A DNA stretch of 64,000 nt from Takakia lepidozioides (GCA_030704615.1 CM060731.1:3844001-3908000); one strand, 5' to 3'. Counted from the first letter of the stretch, positions 36,895-49,347 are shown. The notes: a model not told the origin generated them from the sequence alone. Translations and numbers: made by a program.

Positions 36895-38805
36895 TCACCA
36901 GTAATCCCCACATGAACAGTCCCCATCTTTGAAATGGTGAAACCTGCTGGCATCCCTTATAACAATTGCTCGTCCGACAATCTTTGAGATGAACTTTGTG
37001 GCTGTGTGGCAATCACCACACACCCGAAGGTTCTTGATTATGCGGATAGGAGTTCCAGGAAGTGTGCTGATGAGCCCAAAAGCAATGGCCAGCTTCTCAC
37101 TGTGGTGGCAAAGAGAAAACTCCTTGAGCTCCTCCTCTACATCATGTAATACAAAGCGCGTGTCAGGCATATACCCAGCCTTCTCCATCTCCCCAGACAA
37201 TCTCTTCAGCTCAGCATGGATTTCAGTTATTTGTGGGTGCCATTTGTCTTCTACAACAAAGGTATGCACGAAGTTATTAATTTCAATGCAGCTGCGCCCT
37301 GGCACCTTCCTGACACCTCTGTCCTTCATCATCTTTCTCAGCTTTGCTTCATCATGCCACCTGCCAGCTGCAGCATAGATGTTTGATAGCATCACATAAG
37401 TTGCGGCATCCTGTGGATCCCACTGGAGAAGGCATTTTGCCACATGTTCTGCTAGCTGTAGATTGCCATGAATTCTGCAGGCACCAAGCAAGGCCCTCCA
37501 CACCCCAGTATCTGCTTCGATTGGCATTTTGCTAATGAAGTCCTCTGCCTCTTTTAATCTCCCAGCACGGCCAAAGAGGTCCACCATGCAGCCAAAATGC
37601 TCTACTGTAGGGGTGAGCCCATGATCTCGACTCATGGAATTGAAATAGTGATGGCCTTCATACACTAGGCCCACATGGCTACAGGCAGAGAGAACACATA
37701 TAAAGGTGATACCCGTCGGCTTTGAGCCTTGCTGTTGCATTTGCTCAAACAGTTGCAAAGCCTCCATACCATACCCATGCTGAGCATATCCTGCAATCAT
37801 TGCATTCCATGTGACCACATCTCGCTGAGCCATATTGTCAAACACTCTCCGTGCATCCTTCATGCTCCCACATTTGGCATACATGTTGACAAGGGCAGTG
37901 TCCAGAATTATGTCTGGTTCAATTTTGGCTTTGATGACGTCAGCATGGACCTCTCTGCCTTTATCCAGGGCTGCCAGGCTGGCACACGCATCGAGAACAC
38001 TAGTGAACGTCACCAAGTTGGGGGTTATTCCTTCCCGTTTCATTTCCTTGTAGGTCACTAAAGCTTCCCTACCACACCCATGCTGAGCATATCCTGTAAT
38101 AATCACACTCCATGAGACCACATTTCGGTGGGCCATACTGTCAAACACGTGACGCGCATCTTTTACACTCCCGCATTTGGCATACATGTCAGCAAGGGCA
38201 GTCTCCAATATGATATCTGGTGCTATTCTGGCTTTGATGATGCCAGCATGGACCTCTTTGCCCTTTTCCAGGGCTCCTAGGCTAGCACATGCCTTGAGAG
38301 CACAAATGAATGTGACCCTGTTGGGTGTCACCCCTTTTCGAATCATTTCCTCATAAATTTCCAAAGCCTCCGTACCACACCCATGCTTTGCATACCCTGC
38401 CATCATTGTAGTCCATGTGAACACATCCCGTATAGGCATTTTGTCAAACAGTTCGCGTGCAGCCACCATGCTCCCACATTTGGCATGCATGTTGACAAGG
38501 GTGTTGAGTACAAAGATATTTGCCTTGATTCCACTGCGAATAATGTGGGCATGCACTTGTTTTCCCAGCTCTACATCCTTAACTTTGATGCACTGCTGCA
38601 AGAGACAAACATATGTTTTGGAGTCTGCCAAAATGACTTGTTGGTTTAAAATGTTCAGCGCTTCTTTCAATTGTCCAGCCTTACATAGAGTCCTCACATG
38701 CCCAAAAGTGCCAGAGGAGTCCTTATGAACTTTCTCTCTTTCAATAGCATTTGTGATGGTGGAGGTGCCTGCTTCCCACAACTCTGCCTGAATCAACCCT
38801 GACAT
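36895..38805 (-). CDS. PLS-E-DYW PPR protein, C-to-U RNA editing factor type (paralogue 4)
   Basis: 636-aa ORF with 3 S-motifs, KVPGRSCIE, HSEKLAIAFG, CGDCH, CSCGDYW; splice acceptor gtgcag immediately before the ATG. Confidence 0.96.
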   Translation of the reverse strand: MSGLIQAELWEAGTSTITNAIEREKVHKDSSGTFGHVRTLCKAGQLKEALNILNQQVILADSKTYVCLLQQCIKVKDVELGKQVHAHIIRSGIKANIFVLNTLVNMHAKCGSMVAARELFDKMPIRDVFTWTTMMAGYAKHGCGTEALEIYEEMIRKGVTPNRVTFICALKACASLGALEKGKEVHAGIIKARIAPDIILETALADMYAKCGSVKDARHVFDSMAHRNVVSWSVIITGYAQHGCGREALVTYKEMKREGITPNLVTFTSVLDACASLAALDKGREVHADVIKAKIEPDIILDTALVNMYAKCGSMKDARRVFDNMAQRDVVTWNAMIAGYAQHGYGMEALQLFEQMQQQGSKPTGITFICVLSACSHVGLVYEGHHYFNSMSRDHGLTPTVEHFGCMVDLFGRAGRLKEAEDFISKMPIEADTGVWRALLGACRIHGNLQLAEHVAKCLLQWDPQDAATYVMLSNIYAAAGRWHDEAKLRKMMKDRGVRKVPGRSCIEINNFVHTFVVEDKWHPQITEIHAELKRLSGEMEKAGYMPDTRFVLHDVEEELKEFSLCHHSEKLAIAFGLISTLPGTPIRIIKNLRVCGDCHTATKFISKIVGRAIVIRDASRFHHFKDGDCSCGDYW

Positions 38806-39250
38806 CCTGCACCACTCAAAAGTTGTACATTAGAAAACTTTCATACTCAAAATTCACTTACTGTATGTCAAAGCTCCTATGTACCTGCAAGATCTCTTCA
38901 TTAGGACGAGGTCCTTGATACAGTATGAGATTCTTTGACAGGATTCCAATACCGTCTACTTACAGCATGAAGGTGCATGCTTGCAACAAATGTACCAATT
39001 CGTGACACCAGCTGCAGTGCCATTACTGTCCTTTTATGTTTGGACTACCAAAAACGAATTCTGACACACTGACACAGAAATATGACATAAAACTTGTGCA
39101 AATCTTCCCCGTTTGTAACCTCTTATGTACCCCACATTACAACTTTTCAGCTCTGAAACTAAATATCTCATACCTTCAAAACATACAAATTTTCTGCTTA
39201 GTTTGCAATGGGATGCTCATGTCTCCTCATGAAAATGATATTGAGAGTAC

Positions 39251-40782
39251 CTAGCAAATACCCCACGCAACTAACAAAGAGAGATCACAAGTCTGGAGGT
39301 CTGCATCTTTAGAAGAGGGGCTGTCATACTGGAAGTGCCTCGACAATCGCCCTCCACCAAGACTGCCCTCAGACTTTTGCCTAGCTGATTCCAGCTTCTG
39401 CAACGGTCCAACTAACCCCACAGGTTCCTTGTAGCTATCAAACCACAGTGCCTCGTTGGTACTCCTATGCTGGAAATCTGGTGCTCTGGGATTGATCTGC
39501 ACCTACAATCCATCCCTACCTCCTCAGCAACTGAAATCATCGAATTACGAGTATTGAGTGTTGATTTAAGGGTTGGCATTGACATCACACTAGGCCACAC
39601 GTCAGGAGCTCCCCACTTGTGTCACAAACCCCACTACAAAAATTTATCTACCCGCACGCTCCCACAACACAAACAGGTAAAAGTGATTAGTAGAATGAAG
39701 GAACCTAATGCTCCTCCTCCTCTTAAGTCCTTGCCGTATCCAGATGAGATACTGATGTGAGGTTGAAGGACAAACGAAAGTAGCACTGACCTTGGCAATT
39801 TTTACAGGAATCTTGTACATATCTACATAGAAGTCCACAGCCAAACGCACTGTAACATAGATCTGGTCCCCTATCTTCACATGTTGCCCTCCACTCTCAG
39901 CCAGGGCATCCCAAATCTCCAACTCCAACCTGTCATCCAGCTATATCAATTACATATATGTGTAGCACATTACAAACAGGGTCCATGATACCTTTTGAGG
40001 GACAATGGAAGTTCATACAATAAAAAGTAACAAGAAGGCCTTCTACTTCTGACATAATAGCAAGAATAGCACTCTTCGCCAATGTAATTGGAACGACACC
40101 CATACATGCGCAATCCTAGTGTTTTTCCAATCGAATCGGACAATGACGACCTACTGCACCCACCAACTGAGAAGTAGCGGGTTAGATTTCTTGTTCGCTA
40201 CACAAATCAACCTAATATTTTCTTCTGCCATTACAGAACCCCTTATAGCCCCTCTCTATGTGTCCTTTTATATTTTTTTGGTATGAGAAAAATAGCTCAC
40301 CAGCTCAGAACATCTGTCTTAGTAGCAGGCTTCAGCAGAGCAAGGCTGGATTTCGCCAAGACTTTTCCAGTATTCAAATACTTGATCTGTATGTCACGAC
40401 CCACAAGGCCAATGAGGTGAACTATGTTGGCCAATTCTTTGCTGAATCTGACCACGGGTGGCCATGGCCACTTAGTTTTCTCAAGCTCCAGGTGGCCTGC
40501 TTGCTCATCCACCTGTCCATAACCCTGGTCCTCCTCTATTGGTGTCCACTCCCCCGCAATTGGCTTAAAACTGTTTGAAACTGAACTCAACGCAATGCAG
40601 TTCGGAAAATGCAGATGCGTGTACAGCCCCGTCCTCGAAGGTTTCAGCCCACGGCCAAGCTTGTAAGCCGCGTAGACTCGAGGAGGCTTGTGGGGCCATC
40701 CCGAGATGCCTCGAGAACATGCCTTGGAGGAGGCCACCAAAGGGATGATGGGCAGGGCAGCCGTGTCCCCAACGGGTGCCAT
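39251..40782 (-). CDS. OSB: OSB-like organellar single-stranded DNA-binding protein (SSB OB-fold plus partial PDF motif), possibly the 5' part of the PPR-DYW gene
   Basis: In-frame GT-AG exons: 40782-40301 (transit-like N-terminus; ELANIVHLIGLVGRDIQIKYLNTGKVLAKSSLA...SW), 39929-39791 (LELEIWDALAESGGQHVKIGDQIYVTVRL) and from 39496 (INPRAPDFQHRSTNEALWFDS). No WWDNR exon is visible. Confidence 0.85.
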
Positions 40783-42165
40783 ACGTACTGTATGCGCTAC
40801 CCTTTCGGCTCCTTCTCCACCTGTTCGAACAAACTAGATTCTGGGAGTTCTTCTCAGTAAAGAAGAAAATTGAGGCAAGTACTAGAAAGAAAAGAAAGGC
40901 TAAACATGTACCCAGAGATCCTCTGATCAGAGTCTGAGAATACAGCGTCACCTCCTGCATCTTTCAACCCAAGCCTTCCGCAGGGCGAGCAGAAGTATCG
41001 ACCCACCACCGACCCCGGGATAACGTGAAATGCCCATGCCCTGGCAGCATTGCTCTCATAACAGCACGATGCGTACAGTGACATATGCCCAACATCAGCC
41101 TTTCCAAAAAACTGATTTCCTGCTTGCTTCTCCATGCACAATTCCTCACATCACGAGTGCTCAGCTCTTCTGCATCGCCTGAAGTCCCCTCTGAGAGCGC
41201 AATGTAATCTCCTGCTCCTCACATCACTAGTGCTCTCAGCTCTCCTCCACCCATGCAGTCCCCTCTGAACCTGGCAATATTGAGCTGAGCTCTTTCATCA
41301 AAAGTGACGCCTTGTACTGCAATTTTATGTCTGGCTGATCAAACATTTGCTCATTCTCTTGCCACAATGCAGGCATGCCTGTGCAACGCATTGTACTGTC
41401 CTGCCTGTTGTTCGATTGCCAACGCTGCTTGTGATGCCTGCCATGGGGCCAGGCTTGGCTCAAATGCCTGATTGGTGGATGGCTGCTGTGATTAGAGGGC
41501 ACCCAATCGCCCAATCGGGTTCCCATGGATGGATGGCGCCATATTTCAGAACAGCGTTCCCGATCAGGAAGAAAAACATGTGATTGCGTGGATCTCTGAA
41601 ATCTGCATGTAGACACTACACACCTCCTTGACAAAGGAGGTAGCCCTTTAGAAAATTCGATGGGAGTTGTAGGGCCTCTGCATTGGAGTTGAATTCCAAG
41701 TTGAAGGCCACAAAGAAAATTTCATATTGCAATCCATTCAGTGAAAATCTCTGAAAATGTATGTGGAGACAGATGTCGGAGGTTGTCGGTAAGAACGTTC
41801 CTTTCTATAGATCTAGGGTGGGCAAAGACATGGCCAAAAAAGTGAGCTTTGGTCATGAGTCTGCAGTGCAGTGGCATTTTGGTGAAACTTGGAGCATTTG
41901 GGTGAAGCTGACAGGACATGCCCAATCAGCTTTGTCTCTTGCAGAGTGTGGCCATGGGTGAACCATTTCTTATTCTTGTGTATCTTGTGTATTCCTGTTG
42001 GATTTTTTTAATGAGCAGAAGACATGGTTCGACAGATTTCCACTGTAGTCAGTAGGAATCACTTTAGGATGTCTCATAAAGTCATGCTTCTTCCTCCTCT
42101 CACACGCACCCATCCTCCACAAATTTTCACATGTTTGCAGTGTTGTCCCACCTACCAGCCACATC

Positions 42166-45100
42166 CTAGATGTTTGGTAGCAGCATATAAGCTGCAGGGT
42201 GCTGTGGATCACTCTTGAGGATGCTTTTTGCTGCACGTTCTGCTGCAGCCACATCACCATAGATCATGCAGGCACCAAGCAAGGCCATCCATACCCCAGT
42301 GTCTGGTTCGATTGGCATTTGGTTGATCAAGTTCTCTGCCTCATCCAATCGCCCTGCGCGGCCAAGGAGGTCCACCATGCATCCATAATGCTCCACTGTT
42401 GGCGTGAGGCCATGATCGTGGCTCATGGAATCGAAGTAATGACAGCCTTCATCTACTAGGCCAATGTGGCTACATGCAGAGAGAACGGAGACAAAGGTGA
42501 TCCCATCTGGTTTGACACCTTCCCGTTGCATTTGTCTATACAATTGGAGGACCTCCTTATTACATCCATGCTGGGCATATCCTGCGATCATCACACTCCA
42601 AGAGACCACATCACGTGTGGCCATATTGTTGAACACTTGAATTGCATCTATCATGCTCCCACATTTGGCATACATATCAGCAAGGGCAGTCTCCAAATTA
42701 CTACATGATGCAATCCCGGCTTTTATTATGTCAGCATGGACCTGTTTTCCCTTTTCAAACACTCCTAGGGTGGCACACGCATTCAGTATGCAAACGAACG
42801 TGACCCTGTCTGGTGTCACCCCTTCCTTTTGCATTTGCTCATAGATCTCGAATGCCTCCCTTCCACACCTATCTTGAGCATATCCTGCGATCATGGCACT
42901 CCATGAGACCACATCTCGTTGAACCATATTGTCAAACACTTCCCGTGCATCCTTGGTGCTCCTGCATTTCGAATACATGTCAACAATAGCGGTTTCCAAA
43001 TTCATATGTGGCACAATTCCAGCTTTGATGATTTCAGCATGGACCTCTCTGCCTTTTTCCAGATCCCCCAGGCTGGCACAGGCATTGAGAACCGAAATGA
43101 AGGTGACCCTGTCAGGCATCAACCCTTGCTGTTGCATTCTCTCATAGATTTCAAAAGCGTCCTGACAAAACTCATGCTGAGCATATCCTGTGATCATGGC
43201 ATTCCATGAGACCACATTTCGTTCAGCCATATTATCAAATACTTGACATGCATCCTTCATGCTCCCACATTTGGCATACATGTCAAGAAGGGCAGTCTCC
43301 AGAATGATATCTTGTGGAATGCAAGCTTTGATCAAGTCTTCATGGACCTTTTTTCCCTTTTCCAGGGCTTTTAGCCTGGCGCACGCATTAAAAATGCAAA
43401 TGAACGTGACTCTGTTGGGTATCACCCCTTCCCATTGCATTTGTTCATACATCTTGAAAGCCTCCCCACCGCCCCCATGCTTGGCATATCCAGCAATCAT
43501 TATATTCCAAGTTAACATATTTCGCTCAGGCATCTTGTCAAACACTTTGCGTGCCTCCACCACACTCCCACATTTAGCATACATGTTGACAAGGGTATTG
43601 AGAAGAAAAACGTTTGGCTTGAATCCAATTTTGACAATGTGTGCGTGCACCTGCTTTCCCTCTGCTAGGTATTTCATGTTAATGCACCCCTGCAAGAGAC
43701 ATGCATAAGTACTAGAATCTCCTCGGATGCCATGTTGGTTCAAAACGTGCACAGCTTCTTTCAGTCGCCCTGCCTTACATAGTGACTTCACATACCCACA
43801 ATTGCCAGAACAACTCTTGTTGAGTCCCTCTCTTGGTCCTCTTTCAGAACCAGAATAATTGGCGGGGCTACCCCGGCCCCCATTCTGATGCCCAACAAAC
43901 AATTGTGTTTGATTCAACCCTGCCACCCTGCATGACAAAAAATTCATAGATACAAACCTTCATGCTCATATTTCTTATTTCTCCTAGATACTTCGAGGAA
44001 AGATATTGCCATGAGACAAGCTTCTTGCTACACATTAAGAGGATGAGGAATCTACTGCAGTCGCCTACTTTGATTGTAAACCCTATCAATTTTATATGTT
44101 TCATTTTGAGCCCTTGAAGCATCATCAAGACAATACCTGTTGAATTCCCCGCCTGGAGCTGCATGGTGCATATCATCACGAGGACTATCACAAGATTGCG
44201 GTTGACTTTGTATCATGACAGGAGAGTCCGACCAACTTGCAATCCGAAGGATGTGTTTACGTCTCAAGTCTGGAGATCTTGAATCTATCTGTGGAAACCA
44301 CAAGGGTGCTGCTGAGCAGCAATATCTTTAAGCACAGCTTTGTACGACCAGGTTACAAGTTACAACCACTGAAGCTCCAGGAGCATTATTCCCACAACTG
44401 GGGACAACCTTCAACAACCCAACTTCATCCCTGCTAGGGATTAATATTGACTGAGCCAACTTTACAATCAGTATGGTGGGTGTGAGAGACAAAGCTCCTA
44501 ATTATCTCTTATCAAAGCAACTGACACCAGGGTTCAGTCCTCATCGTCAGAATGGCTTCACCTGGAAACAATCGGCTATCTTTGTCCTGAAGGTAGGAAT
44601 GACTGGCACCATAGATGTAGCCTCACCTTATGAGCCCTCTTGTCCCACCGCTTCAAAGGATTCGATAGAAACATCTGCCAAAGCCATTCTAAGCCTATTG
44701 TTTGGCCTGCATACCAACAGTAGTAAACATCTTCAGCAGCTCCCAAAAGTCTCCGTCAGTGGGTTTCCTCTCTCCCCTTCTCTCCCTCAAACACATTGTG
44801 ACTGGCAATGCAATCTCAGGCACATGTATCACTTCTGTATCAGATTGGGGGCAGCCAGAGCATGAGTGCATTGTGTTTTGCTAGCAGGACATCAACACCA
44901 GCTATTAGATCCACATTCAATTCCCTGGAACTGCATTGTTGATGTCTGTGCAGGAGCCTTATTGTTGTAGTCGGGCTCAGTTCCATGCCCTGGTGGGGTA
45001 GAAGTTAGAAACCTGACAGCTGGTCTTTCTGCCCTTTATCCATCCCTCATTGTGACTGGCAATATGTGGTTCTGCAGTACTCTGCAGATGAACCACAGCA

Positions 45101-45528
45101 AGTTTATGTCACATCAGTGGTGACTAGTCCTCTACAGTCAGAAATGAGCTCAAAATGCTTGCATGTCTTGCTGCAGATATTGAAGGAGATCCTGAAGGAG
45201 CTGAAGGAGGAAAGTGCATCTACTACTCCTCTAACACTTAACTAAATTTCTCCGACCGCATGAGGGCTGTTGCTGCTGGGGTGGTTCAAGGACAATATGC
45301 ACCCCGGATAGCTCCGAAGCACACAGTTTAGAAACCCCAATTAAGCGCAAAGAGTTGCATGTCTATACCTTTCATCGGTTTCCCCGCAGGCTGGGGAGCT
45401 GTGACTGGCAAGGGTCTCGGTCGCACAATTGCCAGGCAAGAATTCAGCTCCACAGCCTCGGGCGGGAATCTGCTGCATAATATGGCGAAGCCCTGCGGCC
45501 GCGGAAGAACGTTTAAGCGCGCTGCCAT
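42166..45528 (-). CDS. Four-exon PDF-motif/PLS-PPR chimeric gene (paralogue 5), ~717 aa, stops in E region
   Basis: Exons 45528-45369, 44706-44627 (QTIGLEWLWQMFLSNPLKRWDKRAHK), 44288-44137 (IDSRSPDLRRKHILRIASW...) and 43927-42166. Phases 1/0/2 all match, total 2154 nt, no internal stop. The PPR exon is certain; the upstream exons are predicted. Confidence 0.85.
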
Positions 45529-46068
45529 CCCTCTGCCGGTGCGAAGAAGACGACAGTTGGGCCTCTGCCATCCCAAAATCAACAGCTCACGTCTCAAACT
45601 TCTTGACCCACTACGTCACTCACAACCTCTTGACATCGCCATGGAGTCTCTTGTTACCTCTGTGTATACAGACTTCACATCAGAAGTTTGACACCACAGC
45701 TCGGAGATGATGCAGAAACGTTATGGGCAACTTCCCCTAACTTTGCATTTCGGCTTGCGGGTCCTGTCCACGTCCCTGGGAAAGGACAAGGAAAGAACCA
45801 ATAATATGTGAAGCGATGAGAAGCGGTGGGACCCACGATGGTGACGACTGCGCAGCGGCGCGTGTAGACTCGGTGCTTCATCAGACACTTTGCTGGCGAC
45901 TTGCTCTCGCTTCTAGGATTTTTCGCGGATGCTCGTTCACAGTATAGGTGGTGGGTTTTGTTTGGATTATTTGTGAGGTGTTCAGTTGAGGCAGAGACGC
46001 TGGTCATTCGTAGAAGCTTGGGAAAGAAGACGGAGGCACGGGGACGGAGAAATTTGTAAGGTAGAGAG

Positions 46069-49000
46069 ATGGATCCAGCAAAAAATAATAAAGTGCTGAT
46101 GCGGGCCAGGATGAAGGAGGCCGCTCTGAAACGAGAGAAGCGCATCGATTCTCCTCTAGTCAGGTATGCCTCGCTTTGCAATCTCTCTCATTCTCTCGCA
46201 TTCATATTCAGCTGTCCGTCTGTCTTTCACCAAACCCACGATCAGACAGAGCACTTTGGTGATCTGAAGAGCTCCTTGGATACGCTTTGACACTTTCGAA
46301 ATTAAGCTGCACGTACTTTCCTCCGTCCCCAACACTTAACTCAAACCCTAATCCTAAAGCGGATGCTGAATTCCTAGCAGGCGTTGTGCTAGATTTAAGA
46401 GAAGGTTTTGCAACTGCAGTAGGTAGGTGTTAATCTGCGTTCTCATTAGATACATTGTGGGAAGACAGTGCCGGATTTCCCTTGTGAAACTGCCAGTGCA
46501 TTTTTTTGCTGAACGTAGATTTCTGGTGGTGCATTGTTGCTGATTTAAGCACAGTCAGTGTCATGAGCCAGGAGTGTAGTTGGGGTACAGACAGACTATT
46601 GCAGGAGTCTCACCTTCAAAGATATCTGTGCTGAGTCTGCCCCGCTGCTGACTGTGCAAAGTGTTACCCAAACAAAAGATTGGTTTCTATGCGCGCCTTG
46701 TAAGGTGCCATTCTCACGTTGCTGCTGGATATCCGTTCGAATGCTGGCAGGTACAATGAAATTGGGCAAGCGGTATGCAAGGTGTGTAATGTGGTCATCA
46801 AGTCAGAGACCATGTGGGCCCCACATTTGGCTTCCCGATCTCACAAGGAGGTATTATCTGTCTTTTGCTCCCACCTGCCCCTTTCCTGTCTCCTTTTCGA
46901 ACTGGGTGCGCCCACTTTCTTAAGATGAGGTTGCTGTAACCGTGGAACATTGCAGATGGTAGGGCTCTCAAGGTCTTGTTGTTTTGGTGACTCACTCTTG
47001 CCCTGATACATTTTTGGTGCCATGAAGCTTAGACCAGTGAGCTATTACGCTTTCTTCAATGGATGGCTGCTTCCAAGCTCACCTCCTGGTTGTCACCTCC
47101 CAATCACTTCCTTTTCCACCAAGTGATTGTTTAGGGACCTTAGCATACAATCTGGGCTGTTTTCCTCTCAACTTTGGATCTTTGAATGGGCAAACTCTTA
47201 TCTCTACGAAGTCACGGCCAGTATTCAGAGGGAAATTCGAAGTCCACAAGCCTATGGAAATCTGTCTTATCTAGATGACATCTCTTGTTCTCAGGCTCTC
47301 TCTAAGCATCCTCAACTATTGGAGGGCATCCTTTCTGCTTGTGAGTGGCTGGGCAACAATTGACTCACTGACTGTAGCATCATCATGCTGCTGTCCGCAC
47401 ATGGTCTATGGCCAACAAGGCTATGGCTAGCAGGGTTCACTGACTATGTCGTGTCCCAAAGTGTTTGAACAAAAAACTGTGGGAGGGTTTTCCGAAGCAG
47501 AGATCAGTGACAGATGTGTCTGTGTGGGCATGATAGGCGGCTGAGCAATTGAAAGCACGTGCTGCCAAGCCAGTACAAGTAGCGGGGACCACCGAGAGCC
47601 AAGCACATGTTGCGGCGGTGCCAACCAAGCGCTCATCGCACTTGCCTTCAGACTTCTTTGATTCTTCAACACCCTCTTCGACTACGAAAAGATTGCGCCC
47701 AACTGGTGCGGTCCTCTCTTCCTCACTCTTACAGTAAGACAGAAGTCAACCTATTACAAATCGTTTCCTTCTGGTTGATATCCAGCATTCAGCTCTGTGC
47801 AGTGTTAGAGAAGTCCATTGGCACATGTGTCATCTACACAATCGTGCAGAAGATACACTTGTGGAGGACGGACCATGATTGTTTCTAACAGAATGCCGAC
47901 AGCAAGAAAGAAGAAAGAAAGGAAGAAAGGAAGAAATTTATTATGTTCATGGGAGGTCCAAAAGGCCCAGGAAGGAGATAGAGGGAGAGAGTTCTACATG
48001 CAAGTCTTGATTTGCAAACAATCTAGTGAGTTGGGGGTGTGGAGGGAATGTCACTTGGGCATTCCTCACTGTTGGAAATGCGGACAGCAGGAGATGAAAC
48101 ATCTACTTTGACAAAAGATATGTTTAAGGTACCAAGGGAAGAATCAAGACTGGGCACAAGAAAGAACGGAGCTCATGAAAAGACACCACCTGGCAGAAGT
48201 GGGCAGGGTGGTGGGGTGTCTGAAGAAAGCAGTGCGAAAGTCAAGGACCAGACAGCTACTGAGCAAGTGGGAAAACCTTCATCCCTGCCGGAAGGCTTTT
48301 TTGATAGCGTTGATGCTGACCACCGAGCTCGCGGGTTAGAGCCTCCCAAACTTGATATGAAGTAAGCACTATCCCTCTCTCCCCCTCCCTCTCCCAACCG
48401 CACAAAGGAACATCAAGGTTCGTTTAAAGAGCTTTTTGATGCTGGTCACCAGACCAAAGTTCAAAATAAGAGTAGGTTGCCTTTGGAGTGAGCCTTCCAC
48501 AGTGCTCTCCTGCTGTCCCCTTCCCTCCTCTATTTCCGTTCTCTGCTCCATTCCCAGTGGTTGTGGGGTTCATGACCATAAGGTTACAGCAGGCAGTACG
48601 TAACGAGGATACATGTCTGTCTTTTGGTGTATCTCTGACCTTGGTTTCAGTTGTTCTAGCATGCTCAAATTTTTTCGTTTCTCTTTAGTGTTTGAACCAA
48701 ACTGGGTGGGAATGATGTAGAGATGAGTGGAAAGAGTTTCAGAAGTCCATACGTGATGATTTACACGAAGTTGACTATAGGCAACAAGAGGAAGAGGTAT
48801 TTATTCTGTGTTCTCTTAACTATTGATTTAGTTTTCTGCTGGATTTCATTCCGATCTTTATATTATCAGCTCAATTACCCAGGCCTGATGAGCTTGCTGA
48901 AAAGCTAATCATTTATACCAAATGTATTGTAGTATGAGGCTGCGGAGGAGAGAGAGGAACGGGAGCAAGTGGAGCAAAGGTATCTTGGCAGTTACGCTGA

Positions 49001-49347
49001 ACATCTTTTATCGAGAGGTTTGGTTATTTGGGGGGTAACTGCTCTTTCAGATATTTCCCATTTCAAATTGGACATGAAACTTTCTGAACTGTGTTCATAT
49101 GTACTTTAATCTGTTGTTTTCAGGAAGAAGGCTCTATTGACCCATTTAAGTTTCTCTCTGTGACAGAACATTTTTGGAGCGAATTGAGATGTTTCGGAAA
49201 CAGAAACAACAGAAGGCTTCTCAGGCTCAGGCAGCACTGGCCTTTCCTGCTTTTGGGGCTGAAAGTGATGCTTCCGCTTCCGATGATGATGGCAGTGATG
49301 ATGAAAATCTATTTATAGATTGGCGGGCAAAGCAAATTTCACTTTGA
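46069..49347 (+). CDS. ZNF830: Zinc finger protein 830-like (C2H2/U1-type zinc finger, coiled coil)
   Basis: Seven phase-compatible GT-AG exons: 46069-46163, 46751-46850, 47537-47705, 48088-48361, 48721-48796, 48933-48979, 49167-49347. Motifs RIDSPLVRYNEIGQAVCKVC...HLASRSH, LPSDFFD, LPEGFFD, DEWKEFQK and C-terminal DWRAK. Confidence 0.92.

Noticed and set aside
30938-37378. Possible U-to-C (DYW:KP) editing factors
   Set aside because: Both intact domains have a canonical PG box, HSE motif and DYW end, i.e. the C-to-U type.
40854-41960. Short ORFs between the OSB-like gene and paralogue 5
   Set aside because: No recognisable domain or consistent splice model; I found no WWDNR exon here.
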